NCBI GenBank assembly: GCA_023515725.1
Contig: JALDTO010000246.1
Location: 62,001-126,000, forward strand
Length of the DNA: 64,000 bases
Direction: 5' to 3'
DNA from: Amoeboaphelidium protococcarum X5
Taxonomy: Eukaryota; Fungi; Aphelidiomycota
The notes beneath the pieces are model-generated. The model was not told where the DNA came from. It searched no databases and worked only from the letters and a program-made list of their open reading frames with translations. The first letter of the stretch is position 1; each line of letters starts with the position of its first letter. Of the stretch, positions 40,226 through 54,494 are shown piece after piece. A program made the translations under genes and the position numbers.

Positions 40226-40886
40226 ATGGACGCAGCTCATCTGGCAAAAGAGTGCCGTATAGCTTACAGATGGAGTAGGAGAGACTCTGCATATTACGTG
40301 AGTGAATTTTTGGATGCCCTTGAAAGCGTATGCTAGAGACTTTGATGGAACAAGAATATCGCCACCGGAGATTATTGACAAGGTATGGCTCGTTGCACTA
40401 TTAGAGACAAAGGAGTATTCTGATTATTGCCTACGGGTGTGAGGAGTCCCATTCATCCACCACAGTTCTAAGCGAGTATATGATGACTAACGATCGTTAT
40501 TGGAGAGGAGATAGAACACATTGACCCTATTTGATTAGAAATGGCCAGGTGAACGTGACGCGTCCTTGTGGTACTTTCCCGCTCATGGATTCTCTACTCG
40601 TGTAAGATAAAATGTAGCACTATCAAGTCGTCACTAATCGTAGACATCATAGCGGATTTGTTTGTTCGTGAAAACTCTTACTGGAATGACATACAATATC
40701 TCTTTGCGAGACTCCTCTACAGTTGAGACCTTGAAAAAGAAGATATCTCAAGTGGCAGGAACTCCTACTTGGAAGCAACGTTTGATCTTTTAGGGCCGGC
40801 AACTTGATGATGAGAGAACTTTAAGGTCATTCGATATTAGACAACACTCTACCCTGCATCTAGTATTACGTTTAAGAGGATGTTGA
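40226..40886 (+). pseudogene. GRDP/DUF1399-like domain fused to a ubiquitin-like domain ending LRLRGC; frameshift near 40310 and in-frame TGA at 40440
   Basis: Aligns with neighbour 41267 (SPPEIIDKVW...EYSDYC...FIHHSSKR); tail LFVKTLTG...[34 protein letters not shown]. Confidence 0.8.
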
Positions 40887-41266
40887 AATCTTTATTGTGA
40901 TTGCGAATGTTCAATCAATATATGGTTTTGCTTTGTTTCATGGTGCCGCAATCGGCTGAATATCGCACGAGGGTGTTTCCTCAAGTTGGCACCAAAGGCT
41001 ACGACTATGAGTATAATTCATTTCTATTGGTTGACTAGGCGTCTTTAGTCTTAACCATTTAGCTTCTCATAATATGCGTGTCTAAGGTTACAATTTACCT
41101 TTTCTCCGCATTCCATATACAGTACTGCACTTGCACTGACAAAGTTGGCAACGTCAAAATAGCGCATACGCGCATTTGTTTCTTCTTGTACTTAATCGTT
41201 TCACAATAACATTTTTCACAACTCTTTATATCTCATTACTTTGTAAATCTGTATCACAATCCCAAA

Positions 41267-41938
41267 ATGGACTCTGGACACTTAGCGAGAGAATGTAGTC
41301 GAGTTTACAACTGGAATAGAAAAGATTCTGCTTATTACGTGAGTGAATTTATCAATTATTGGCTCCCACTGAAAGCGCTTGCAAAGGATTTCGATGCTAC
41401 AAAGTTGTCACCGCCTTATATTATCGATCAAGAATGGCATCTGGCACTGCGGGATAGCTAGGAATACAGCGATCACTGCACCAAGATTTTATAGACAGAA
41501 CAGCTAATTCATCATAGTAGTAAAAGAGCTTATGACGATATCAAGACCTTGACTGAGAGAAGATAGCGTACGCTGGACCTGTATGATGAGCTTTATCCAG
41601 GTGAACAGGATGAAACGTTATGGAAGTTGCCCACTGAATCACCAAGTGAAATGGCACCGGGCAAGTCTGAGAAGACTAATAAGCGTTAAAGGACCGAACC
41701 TGAGGATTTAGTATAGTTTGAAGTTAGAAATTCAAAGGGTGTTCATTTCAAGTTAAACATACTCGGGTCTACAAAACTCGAAGCTGTATTATTAGCATTG
41801 TCAACTCGCCTGGGTATTCAATACGAAATGATCCGCATGTTTGACAGGGCAGGTTAAAGACTACACTCGCACAAGTCGCTGCTAGATAATGGTATTGAAG
41901 ATAATGACATAATAGAAACAAGAATAGAAGTACGCTGA
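41267..41938 (+). CDS. GRDP/DUF1399-like domain fused to a SUMO-like (Rad60-SLD-type) ubiquitin fold, 223 aa
   Basis: SPPYIIDQEWHLAL...EYSDHC...LIHHSSKR...RRQRTLDLY; tail VHFKLNILGSTKLEAVL...IRMFDRAGQRLHSHKSLLDNGIEDNDIIE. Confidence 0.7.
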
Positions 41939-42081
41939 TGTTGAATATTAAGAATATCTATTACTGAGTTACCAGTGGTTAAGAAAGTGAAAGTGTTTTA
42001 TTCGCAGTAGTGTTTATACAGTTAAAAAGTCTCAAAATAAAGCAAATAATGTAATTTCACTTGATCTTTTGTTTTGGAAAT

Positions 42082-44772
42082 TCAAAGTTCACGGCTCAAT
42101 GCTTTGAAGCTGAAAGGAGTAAACGGATGGCCACCACCTTCGTAAAACTTTCCATTGAACTCGACCCAATGCAGACGCAACGCGTGTAAGAATGCGGATA
42201 ATCCCTCCATACCTACTAGGATACCCACAGTCAACTGGAACCACATGTAGAATCCGGCTACAAGCATCACACTAGACAGAGTGGACTGAATCGTCATCTC
42301 CCACAACACTTCAGAGAGCTACGCATGAGCCAGACTCAGAGCCCAGAGACGCAGATAAGACGCCGTGTTAGATATAGCACCGAGACAGAACTCGATCGTG
42401 TGAATTACCTGATGAATAACAATCTCACCAAACTCAAATTTGCCGCCATGCTCTCCACCACCATGAAAATCGCCGCTACCATCAGTGATTGAGGCGACAT
42501 CGGCAATTCCATTTCCGTGCTGTAACTCTGTTGCCGTTGGAAGCAGACTTGCACCAGCAGCAGCAGTACTTGCACCGCCATTGCCGTCCAGATTAACGTG
42601 TACATCCGGCTTGATAACTTCGCTGTCATGGGATCTAGCACCAGGACTGTCACCGCCTATTGTGGTGTATCCCATTGCAATATTGCGTTGATGTTGCTTG
42701 TACAGTTTGTAAGGCTTAACACACAACATCCACGGAACACAAATCACTGCGACGAGTAGCAAAATGGTCTACACGACAGCCTGACCACCAAACAGCTCGG
42801 TGCCTTCCTTCACACCACCCAATCCGAGGAACATGTAAATCAGAGTATTTAGCAGACTAGGAGGATCATCGCCAGGCACACGCCATGGATACAACCATTT
42901 AAAGATGATCAGGAAGGAGAGATAACCAAAAATACTGAGCATGAACAGCAGTTATGGAATGAACTCGTGATACAAATTCAATGGCCGCTTGAAGTATCTA
43001 CTATTGTAGACAGTCAGAATGATACCAAAGCACATGTGCAGCACACCAATCAGAATAGACTACTTCATCTTGTATGAATTCAGAAAGAGAAGACTATTAT
43101 CCGCCTATCTCCATGCGGGATCAATACCAAAGGAATAAGGATACAAGAAAATGGAGTTAAAAGATGACACTTGAGTAGTCTCATTCTTAAATATCTGAAT
43201 ATCCCAGCCAGAATTCTACATGTACAGCGGCAAAGAGAAGAAGTCATTATAAATCAAGCCTACATACATTGAAAAGAAGCCCATCAGAAGAACTATATAT
43301 CTTCCACCAAATACAATAGAGACCATTTCACCGAGCTCCATCTATTCCATCTTCTTTTCGTTCAGCACCAGACATAGGCCGGCAAAGAACACCAGCAGAC
43401 CATGACCCAAATCACCAAACATGATGGCGAACAGGAAGGGGAAGGTAATAACAGTGAACAGTCCCGGATTAACTTCTTTGTACGTTGCTACACCGTATGA
43501 ATCAATAATCGCCTGAAATCCAAAGGTAAACTTGTTAGTCTTATGATAAGTAGGTGGTTAATCGTGAGTCTACAACTGATTAACAATAGGCGGCACAAGC
43601 GATCCATTACGTTCACTAACAGAGTGCAGTGCATACTGTACAGCATTTAAAGACTTGCTAGGACACCATCCCTCAGCTATCAAGCACTTTCTAGTAGAAT
43701 CATAATTAAACATGTCCATAGAAGAGTATATGGCCTTTTCTTTGCGCACAAACGTGGCCCACTTACCTATGTGACGACTGATCACTTTTAGCTCTGCAAG
43801 ACGCGTTGCACTTCCATTATCGAGGACCATTCTCAAGTCATCCAACTTCACTGTGACGTCTCTCAAAGCTGCAGCACGTCTACCTTCATCAACATCGACA
43901 TCATACACTGTACCTCCGAAAGATTAAGTGATCTTCTTGATCTTGTTAATCAATTCATTTCCATGGGCGAATACAATGAACACATTCTTCTCAATCTCTT
44001 CCTCACTCACTGGATCGACAATACGTTCAGAGATTTCAGCGTAATCCATAAATACATTACCTCTCAATGCGCGCCATAAAATACGCTCAAATACCTGCAT
44101 CCTGCCGCGGGGAAGAGTACCAGTTACAAATTGTAATCCCGTTGAAGCTGTGGATGATCTATTCCCTGCCTCAACCTGGTCCAGCAGACTTTCTTCATAA
44201 TCATCATCATAATTAGACGTTGGTGCATTGAACGAACCACCTCTTCTACCACCACCACTAGACTAAGACTGCTAGGCAAAAAAGTACTCGCACTCGCGCA
44301 GTACCTGACGCAACTCCACCAGTTCTAAATATCTCTTGTTCAACTACTCCTACTAACCATTCATCTACTGCAATCGCTATTCATACTCCTAAAATGACGA
44401 CTCTAGCTCTTCCATTTGTTGCATAGATCTACCCTTGACGCCAAATTTATCACCAGCAGATGATGTTGACGCTGGCGACGAATACATACTAGCGCCATTA
44501 CTTGGATCAGTCAACTTGTACTGAACATCATTCTTATCCAGTTAAGTCTTGAAGAATCTAAGCAGACGCTCCAAGTCATCAATACGCTTCAGCTCATTAA
44601 TAAATGTACGCTGGAAAGCATTCAATCCTGCATTCAAATCTTTAAACTGCACCATACCCAGCTCACCAAGTTCAGCTACAGAGTCATGAGCCAACTCTGA
44701 TGGAATATAAAGTTGGACCAGCGACATGGTCTCGCTCCTAAACAGGGAGGACTCTTATTCATTAGCCGCCAT
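42082..44772 (-). CDS. VPH1: V-ATPase V0 subunit a, 896 aa
   Basis: [96 protein letters not shown]. Confidence 0.97.
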
Positions 44773-45180
44773 CTTTATATAACTAAAAAGCGGATAGCTG
44801 AATAACAAAGCCTGCTGATCAATTAAATAATTTAGATAAGTCCGAGCGGAAAAAGGAGAAATCAATCGCTCGCTTAATTTCAGCAATGCGATGATTATAC
44901 GGCTCAACTGAACACTTTTCCGGAAAGTTGATGATCGCGCGGATTTTTGAAAAATAGACACGCCGACAGGTTCAGAGTGTAGAGTTGTCATGACTGCAGT
45001 ACCAAACTATAATTAAATCCGGTATTCTATTTTAAAACATATAGTGATATTTGCAAAGGATGGACATTGATTATCAGGACCTCCTTATCTCCTCCACAAT
45101 CAGGCTAATCGCTATCATTTTACAAAGTCTTTTACATTTCAAGCGGTTAAGTTGATTGATAATTGCTGGCTATAACCAGA

Positions 45181-47565
45181 ATGAGTATAAATCCGATTAG
45201 ATTAACTTTGATTGACACTCGCTAATAACAATAATAGGATTCTTCTAGCCATCTGCTGCTTGACTCTATCCGTGAAACTGATGAAGATTAGAGAAATGGC
45301 GAAGAAGACGACATGGTCTGTAACAACGCTCAAAGCTTTGCGTATGGTTATAGAGATCAGTCGTTATCGCCCGCTGAGAAGGAGTACGTATAGAATCAGT
45401 TTCGCGCCATTCAAGATCTGTCGCTTTAGAAGTCTGCAAAGATTGTGGACGCGTTTGCACATCACTCGCCATCTGGTGCCACAGGAACTATAATTGTCAG
45501 GCCATCAGTGGCTGGTGTGTCGCTGCATTAAATCTAAAGTCCAGTCGCGTCAAGATCTCAAATCTCTGCACGGAGATTCAAGACAAAGGAGCAGATCTGG
45601 GTAAGTACTTCTGGAGATGGTGTGATTTCAAATTACAATGATACTGCCGAGTCTATGTTTGGCTCTGACGTTGTATCTGGTAAAGGCAGTATATTAGATT
45701 TTGTTTAAGGATCTGATACTGTGCTTAATGATCTGCGTAGATTGCCTAATGCTGCTACTGCTGTTTTTGTTGAAACAAGTAGAAAATCTGGCAATTAAAA
45801 ACATCTAATCAAATCTGGTTAAATTGTTCAAGTCGTGCATAATGGTGCAGTATATCCTTATTCTTGTTGGCTGACTGCTTATGCAGATAATGGTATTATA
45901 GTTAAAATGAATTGGGTGTTGGAGAAGGTTGACGGTGAGGTTACTTTTGAATTCAAATTGGATGAGAGAAATCAAATCAGCAGGCTTGATTGCAGTAATG
46001 AACTCTTTTTAAACCAAGTTGATATCGTACAACTCTCCAAGAATGTCCAGAAGCTGAGCGATGACTACTTGATCGTCAGAGTACATGGTCATAATGTTCC
46101 AGCGCGCAAGATTCGTGATGATTAACGACACGTCATTCATGTCAAGATTGTTCCTAAGATGAGTGGCATGATTATGCTAGATTCAGCGAGTTTGGTAATT
46201 GTAAATGCTAATCAAGCTTTTTTGAATTACATATTTGGATATTAGCTGGCTGATATTATCAAGATGAATGGAGGTGCATTGTCCGCGATAATCGCGAATG
46301 TCAAACAGTTGGAAGATGTGATATCTTTGATAGATTCCAAGTCTCCAACTAGTGCCTCTACTCAGAGCTCCGTCTCCACCCAAAGTCCCGTTTTAAGCCC
46401 TGTATACATTGACTCGGTGCTGTCTGGGAGTAAAGAGGCGCGGTTGAAACTGACTGCTATCCATAAAACTGGGGCATAATTTGAACTGACTGCAGATATT
46501 AGACTGATTAGCCGCAAATCAAGTCAACGAGTCGCTCTCTGGCTCACCTATGAGCTGCCTGCCATTATAAGATCTACAGAGTAGTCTAAAGAGAAGGAGA
46601 AAACTGTGGATTAGAGTTTGAAGTAAGAACGATCTTCAGTGGAACCTAAAGAGCCTTAGTTCTCCGAACTGGCTTAACTGTAAGGGCTGACTGCTGTATC
46701 ACCGATTGATGAAATTGATAACAAGAGTAAGGCTTAATCGCTGTCAGACTATGAGATTGTATAGAGATTGGGAGAAGGTGCTTTTGGATCCGTGTATTTG
46801 GTGTAGAACAAGCTTGCCATTGATGGAAAGTAATCAGTATTGAAGTTTATAATATAAAAAAAAGTCAGATAAGAGTCATGGTATGTTGATGCTGTGACAG
46901 GTGAGAGAACTCCATTGGAAGTCTAAATCTTGCAAGAGTTATCCTCGCCCAGATTGCAGCACCCCAACATTGTGCAGTTGAAGAATGTATTCAAAGATCG
47001 ACACAACTTTTACCTTGAGATGCCTCTATATGGTCGTGGGATGGACTTGTTTGATTATGTCGATCTGAAATTGCAAATTCCTGAATGGGAAGTGCACACA
47101 ATATTCAAGCAAGTGTGCAGTGCCGTCAATCATCTTCATATGAATGGGATTGTGCATCGCGATATCAAGGATGAGAATATCATAATTGACAGTAACATGC
47201 AGATCCAGATTATAGACTTTGGTAGTGCGTGTCATTATGATGAGAAATCGCAATTCAAAGCATTCTGTGGTACTCTAGACTATATCAGTCCAGAGGTGTT
47301 GAAAGGCTAATTCTATAATGGACCACCACAGGACATTTGGGCGTTGGGAGTTTTATTGCATATTCTCATTTACAAAGATAATCCATTCCATTCTATGGAC
47401 GAAGTGATCAAGAAGACTATAAAAGTCCCGTTCGTACTAAGTGCTGGTAGTAATGACTTGCTGCAGAGGCTACTTAAGAAGAATCTCAATGATCGTATTA
47501 AGATGGCAGAAATCATGAACCATCCCTGGATATAGCAGAAATATAGTGCAATTGATTCAATGTGA
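45181..47565 (+). CDS. PAS-domain Ser/Thr kinase (PASK/Psk1-like), 794 aa
   Basis: PAS-like segments (SGMIMLDSASLVIVNANQAFLNYIFGY; IHKTGAQF); kinase LGEGAFG, PLEVQIL, GMDLFDYV, IVHRDIKDENII, IDFGSA, FCGTLDYISPEVL, GPPQDIWALG. Confidence 0.88.
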
Positions 47566-47761
47566 ATATATAAATAATATAGAAATGTACTTGTATTTTT
47601 TGCTAGATTTTAGACGTTATAGTAAAAAGAGGTGAAATTGATAACTGATTTCAAATGCAATGCATAGAATATTTAGGACATATATATATTTGACTAAATA
47701 GCGACAATCTCAAAGCACTCAATGTAAACCAGTATAAAAGTAGTGGTGAATAATGATTAGA

Positions 47762-48505
<744 letters not shown>

Positions 48506-48961
48506 CTAATAATAGTAGAATTTAAATGGAGGAAATAGAAAGGAGCTGACTTAATTTTCTTAAATTTTAGGCGGAGAAGCGAAAGATTTCACGCGACACG
48601 CCAACTCAAAGCTTTTAGATTTGATTTATGCGAGCTGTCACACTGATCATTTTCTTCTCTCTCGAGATCTTTAGTCCTTCCTAGAACTTACATTGATAAG
48701 TTGCTCTATGCAATGCTTGACATGGATTGCCAGTTTACATCTAATAGAGGACTACTTGCATGCGCTTTTTAACTCTCTAATTGCCTATTCATTAATCGTG
48801 TGACTGAATGAATGATCTTCCCCTGAAACTATCGTCTCTCGAAACTTTCAAGTCGCTGCGTCGTCGCGTTATCTTCAGTGAGTGAATTCAAGAATCTTTT
48901 AAAATTTGAATATACAAGCAAGGCGTAGAATTTAATTAACCATTAATTAAGTTACAAAGAA

Positions 48962-50149
48962 ATGAAAGACTTTACTATTGCAGTGTCCCATGTGGATCGC
49001 TAGGCGAATAATGGAAAAGATGCCGTGTACAAGTTGGAGTACAGCACTACAATGGATTAGTATAGTCGTAAATCTGGGACTGATCTGCCGCGTAGATACT
49101 CTGATTTCGTATGGTTGCAGCGTGAGTTGTAGGAGAATTTCCCAGAGTGTTTTGTCCCGCCTGTGCCTCAAATGAAGTATGCCACCTCATCATCTAGCTC
49201 TGGTAGCTCTGGAAATAGTGGTAATGGTTATACTCAGCTCTCTCAGACTGCTGTGGATGAAAAGACGCGTCAGATGATGGAAGAATTTTTGAATTTGATT
49301 GTAGCTCACCCTAATCTCAAGACATTTCAAGGTTTGTAGCAATTGCTGGAGAGTGGAGCTAATTTTACGCCATATTCTGCCAGTAAATCTGGTGGCTCAT
49401 CCTCTCTGTTTTCACGTGTTGCCAAGTCTGTCAAGTCGTAGAAAGATCACGATCCATGGTTTGAATAGCACAAGCATGATCTGGAGGTTTACCAGTCTCT
49501 GTTGGAGAAGTGCACCAAGTCATTGGAGAAGGTGACCAAGTATTAGCGTTCCCTAGCTGCCAGTTATTAAGATGTCGCGTTGTTGGTATCTGAATTGGGA
49601 TCTCAGGAACCGAATATTCACTTGGCTGGCGGACTTCGCAAGCTGTCTGCATCATTTGAAAAGACTTCCACCACTATGCATCTCGTCGCGGATACCCAGA
49701 TTCTGAATATGGGTGAGTACATGGTGGGAGCGTAGCGTTATGCCGAGTGTGGTCAGAAAGCTATGGAGAATCGCGTCAATGCTCTGGTTGATTATGAATC
49801 TGCTGGTAAGAGCACTCTGAAGAAGAAGTAGGCCGCTGACAAGTTGAAGAGTTCTGGTCACAGCACATCCAAGATTGAGAGTGCATTGTAGGATCTGAAT
49901 GATGCCAAGACGGCGGAATCAGAGTTGAATGCACTGGTGAAGAAGATTACTGAGAATATTAAGGAGCGTGAGTGGGACAACTTTGAGCACGTCCAAGCTG
50001 AACAAGTGACGCAGTACATGACGAGATATGCGGTGGCTTTGAAAGAGAATGAACGTAAGTAGGCGGAAGATTGGACGTTAGTGTACAATGACATTAAGAG
50101 TATTGATCTTTAGATTGCTGGTCATGGTCAAGTGCAGGAGGCAGTTTGA
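48962..50149 (+). CDS. PX-BAR sorting nexin (retromer Vps17/Vps5-like), 395 aa
   Basis: PX domain RRYSDFVWLQRELQENFPECFVPPVP; BAR/Vps5_C-like KDHDPWFE...ENRVNALVDYE. Confidence 0.85.
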
Positions 50150-50598
50150 AATATGAATTAGGATAAAAATGAAAGATTGATCATATGGAAATAAATTAAT
50201 TTTATTTTAAGCGTTCTCTTCCTCTGGTCTCTCTTGAACTTGGCTTTCCACTTGGCGCCAACAATTTGTGCAACAACAAGTGTAATTGTAATCTTGAGCT
50301 TACTCTTTTGACGCCTCGTTTTAATTAATCGCGCGGTGGCGATCAATCCGGTTTAAATTTTAATTGGGACTCCTTGAAATCTATTTCTTGAAACAAGCTC
50401 GATCTCCTTGATCAATCTTATTTCCTCTTCCATCTAAACTTGAAATCTCAGTAATTACGATTATATAATTTTATAAAATTGAATGCGTTTGTGGTTAGTG
50501 ATATACGTCTGGAGCAAGCATGCAGAGAGCGCCCAATTACGTTTCAAGATGATAAGCAGAAAATAAATTATGTATTATTTTCAATACGTTCACTGTCT

Positions 50599-52977
50599 TC
50601 AATTTCCATATTACTGTCTTAAAGCTTTTGTTGCATTGACCATGTTGACCAACGAAGGCATCACCTCTTGCCAGCGTCTAGTCTTCAATCCACAATCAGG
50701 ATTGATCCAAACTCCGGCAGCATCCAAGAATCCACCATCAATGCACAGTTGAATCTTCTCCTTCATCTCCTCAGATGAAGGGACGCGTGGTGAATGAATA
50801 TCATAAAGTCCCGGCCCAATAGCATTAGTGTACTTGTACTCCTTGAAAGCACGCAGCAACTTCAGATCAGAGCGGGCATTCTCAATAGTGATAACATCAG
50901 CATCCAGATCCTTGATAGACTAGAAAATGTCGTTGAAATCAGAGTAACAAAAGTGGGAGTGAATCTAAGTCTCATCCTTGACTCCAGTGCTACACAGCAG
51001 GAAAGAGTCGACAGCCCACTTCAAGTACTCACCCCAACCGCTCTTACGCAGAGTCAAACCTTCACGGATAGCAGGCTCGTCAATCTGAATGACACTGATA
51101 CCAGCCTTCTCCAGATCAACCACCTCCTTACGGATAGCCAGAGCCAATTGGAAGGAAGTCAACTTACGAGGCTAATCATCACGCACAAAAGACCACTGCA
51201 GCATGGTAACAGGACCAGTCAACATACCCTTCATGATCTTGGTAGTGTTCTGCTGAGCAAACACAGATTCCTTAACAGACATGGCGGAAGGACGGCTGAC
51301 ATCGCCATAAATAATTGGAGGCTTCACACAGCGAGAGCCATAAGATTGCACCCAACCATTCTCACTAAAGACGTAACCCTTCATCTGCATACCAAAGTAC
51401 TCAACCATATCGGTACGCTCAAACTCACCGTGCACCAAAACGTCCAAACCAACTTCCTCCTGACGACGGATACACTCAATAGTCTCCTTCTACAAAAATT
51501 GCTCATAAGCCTCAGCAGTAATCTCTCCCTTCTTGAAAGCCAGACGGGTCTTTCTAATCTCAGGAGTCTGCGGGAACGAGCCAATGGTGGTGGTTGGGAA
51601 CAGAGGCAGGTTCAGCAACTGTCTTTGTCTCTCATAACGGACGGCAAAAGGGCTCTGACGACGCATCATCTATGGACTAACACGACCCATCTCAGCCTAA
51701 ACGTTCTAGTCATGGATCAATGAGGAGGTCTTTCTAGCCTAAACAGACTTCTCGTTGGCAGCCAACTCAGCCTTGACACTGTCTAGGCCATTGTTCAAAG
51801 CCTTGGTTAGAACAACCAGCTCACGCAACTTCTCCACAGAGAAACTCAACCAGTCCAAAATCTACTTGTCCATCTTGGTCTCGGCCTCCAGAGAGTATGG
51901 AGTGTGCAGGAGAGAACAGCTAGGAGAGACGATCAATCTCACAGGAGCAGTCTCATTCCCATTGTTGTCCACAGTCTACAGAGATGACTTGATCTTGTTC
52001 AATAGCTCCAGAGTTGCACCCAGATTGTTCTTCCAAATGTTTCTACCATCGATAACGCCAGCGGACAAGGTGAAGTTCTTTGGCAAAGCTGCGAGCACAG
52101 CATCCAACTCTTAAGGAGCACGAACCAGATCAACGTGCAGACCATCAATTGGTAATGCAGTGACAATCTTCAAGTTCTCAACCAATTCACCAAAGTAGTT
52201 TGCCACCAACAGCTTGGTTGAGCCAGCAGCCTTATTCAGACGAGCATAAGCTCTGTCGTACAATGGCTTGTATACAGCCAGGTCCAGATCCAGAGACAAG
52301 ATAGGCTCATCCAGCTGGATCCACTCAGCACCCAGCTAGTTCAACTTCTGAAGCAGCTTCTCATACTCAACCAGCAAAGAGTCCAACAAAGACAGACGAT
52401 CAAACGACAGATCTTCAGAGCTAACCTTACCCAAACGCAGCAAAGTGATAGGACCAATCAAAACTGGACGCGTCTTGACACCCAGAGCCTTGGCCTCCTC
52501 AAACTCGCGCACTGGCTTAGGATTAGCAGACAGAGCAAAAGACTGACCCTTGTAGAACTCAGGCACAATGTAGTGATAGTTGGTGTCAAACCACTTCTTC
52601 ATCTCCATGGCAGGAAGATCAACCTTGATGGCAGCATCCTGCGCGCTCTACAGACCACGAGCCATAGCAAAGTACTTGGTCAGCTCGACCGTCTCAACAG
52701 AGGCACTCTAGTCCACTTGCATAGTCTGGTAACGCTGAGGAGTGGCACCAAACAGCAGAATAGAGTCCAGCACCTGATCGTAGAAGGAGAAGTCGTTAGA
52801 AGGAACAAAGTCAACACCCAAATCCTTCTGCAGCTTCCAGTGCTTCTCACGCAGACTTTTGGCACCGGAGAGCAGAGCCTTCTCATCAATCTTGCTAGCC
52901 CAGTAGTTCTCAACCATCTTCTTCAATTCACGGTTCTGACCGACACGAGGGAATCCCAAATTGCTAGAGTAGATCAT
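50599..52977 (-). CDS. MET6: Cobalamin-independent methionine synthase, 792 aa
   Basis: [87 protein letters not shown]. Confidence 0.98.
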
Positions 52978-53286
52978 CGTTGTATATTTCACGTTCTTTG
53001 TTAACAGAGTTTAAATAGCTGTATTAAATTGCACACAGTTAAAGAGAGAAGAAGAGAAGCAGTTGGACTCGGAATCGATTAAAATGACGCGACGCGACAT
53101 TGAGCGAAGAGGTGGCGTTTTTTTCGTCTTGGTCGCCCGCCTTTCGAATAGACTTTCGCCCGGGTGGCGTTTCTTCCATCGAACGTGCGTGCGTGAACAT
53201 TGCGATCGTTTCAAATTCGATTAAAGTAAATTCACACTCTTAAACAAAACACTGAGATTCAAACTATAAAATCACATTGCATATTC

Positions 53287-54294
53287 TCAGTCGTCATCAA
53301 TCTCCATTTCTTCCTCATCATCATCCGCCTCATCTTTTACGCCAGCAGATATCGAATTAGTCGCGGTAGATGTAAGTTGAACAGATTATTACTTATTCAA
53401 AACTTATACTGGAAATAATGCTTATCTTTGAGCCAGAGGGAGAGATTGCAATTATTTCAGAGACAAAGGAGCTGGCAGTTGTAAAAATACATCTTGATCG
53501 GTGTACTGAATGGTTTGCACAACAGCAAAATCATGCCAATCTATAGCCATAAATTAAATTTTATTCCTCTCCTTCTACTCTTCCTCTAGCTTCGCCTTCT
53601 TAGCAGCGTATCTATTCCAAATGACGCGTTACTTGCAGCGTTTCAAGACGGAAAACATGTCTTTACTCTGCTGTAACAGCTAATCTCGAGCCATTTACGG
53701 ATGCTCTTTAATCTAACTATACTGTTGTACGTAAGAGTTATATATGGCATGTAAACTATGACTTGGATTCAAAAAGCCAAACTAAGGGTCGTTGGCATGA
53801 GATGACTATAGGTCAATCAGAAACTATTAACCTTTGACAGTAAAGTACTTGGCTGTGAGGAGCATAACGTCTCTATCTAACGCAGATATTACTTCTTATT
53901 GAGGCAGAAATATTAATTAGGGCGGCTAAGTTGGAATAACCTTCCGTTTACGTTTCTTACTTGTTTTCTTAGAGCCTGATTTACTCTACTAATGATGGTC
54001 TACAGTCTCTTACGCGCCACTATCAGGCTGCAAACTCTCATAAGGCTTCTCTTATATCTACTGATCTGCCTTCTATGCTTAATCATTTTGTGACTGCGCG
54101 CTACTCTCTTGACCATATTTCTAAAGCATATGCTGGTAGTACTCATAATACGGATCATCCGACTGGAGGAAAGAGAATTTCATATTACCAGCTTCTCTAT
54201 TTTTTATCTTGGCCTCAATTTCACGACCTTTTAAAGCCACATATTCTGCAGTTTTGTCCGCAATTTTTCTAATTTCTGGTGGTGGTTTGATCAT
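53287..54294 (-). CDS. PRP21: Splicing factor SF3A1/Prp21 (two SURP modules, no C-terminal UBL), 335 aa
   Basis: IKPPPEIRKIADKTAEYV...FSFLQSDDPYYEYY; LTAKYFTVKG...FGFLNPSHSLHAIY; FMAIDWHDFAVVQTIQY. Confidence 0.9.
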
Positions 54295-54494
54295 TATTAA
54301 CGATGCAGGCGAATATTGAATGGAAATGAGAAGGCTCTAAAGGGGAAAAAGACGATGTGGCGGGTGAAGTTGAGTGAAATCTTATCACATTACAAAACAA
54401 CACAAAATTGGGATTCAAGTGAGTTTTTTTGTGATATCCATGAAAAAAACTTGGGTGTGGCAACAAAACAAGGTACTCTGTATAAAAGTTTATC

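Noticed and set aside
50158-50433. Small basic minus-strand ORF (…GAKWKAKFKRDQRKRTLK…)
   Set aside because: No family match recognised, and no TGA before it runs into the convergent sorting nexin gene.
50794-53004. Long plus-strand ORFs (309, 119 and 143 aa)
   Set aside because: Antisense shadows of the codon-biased MET6 gene.
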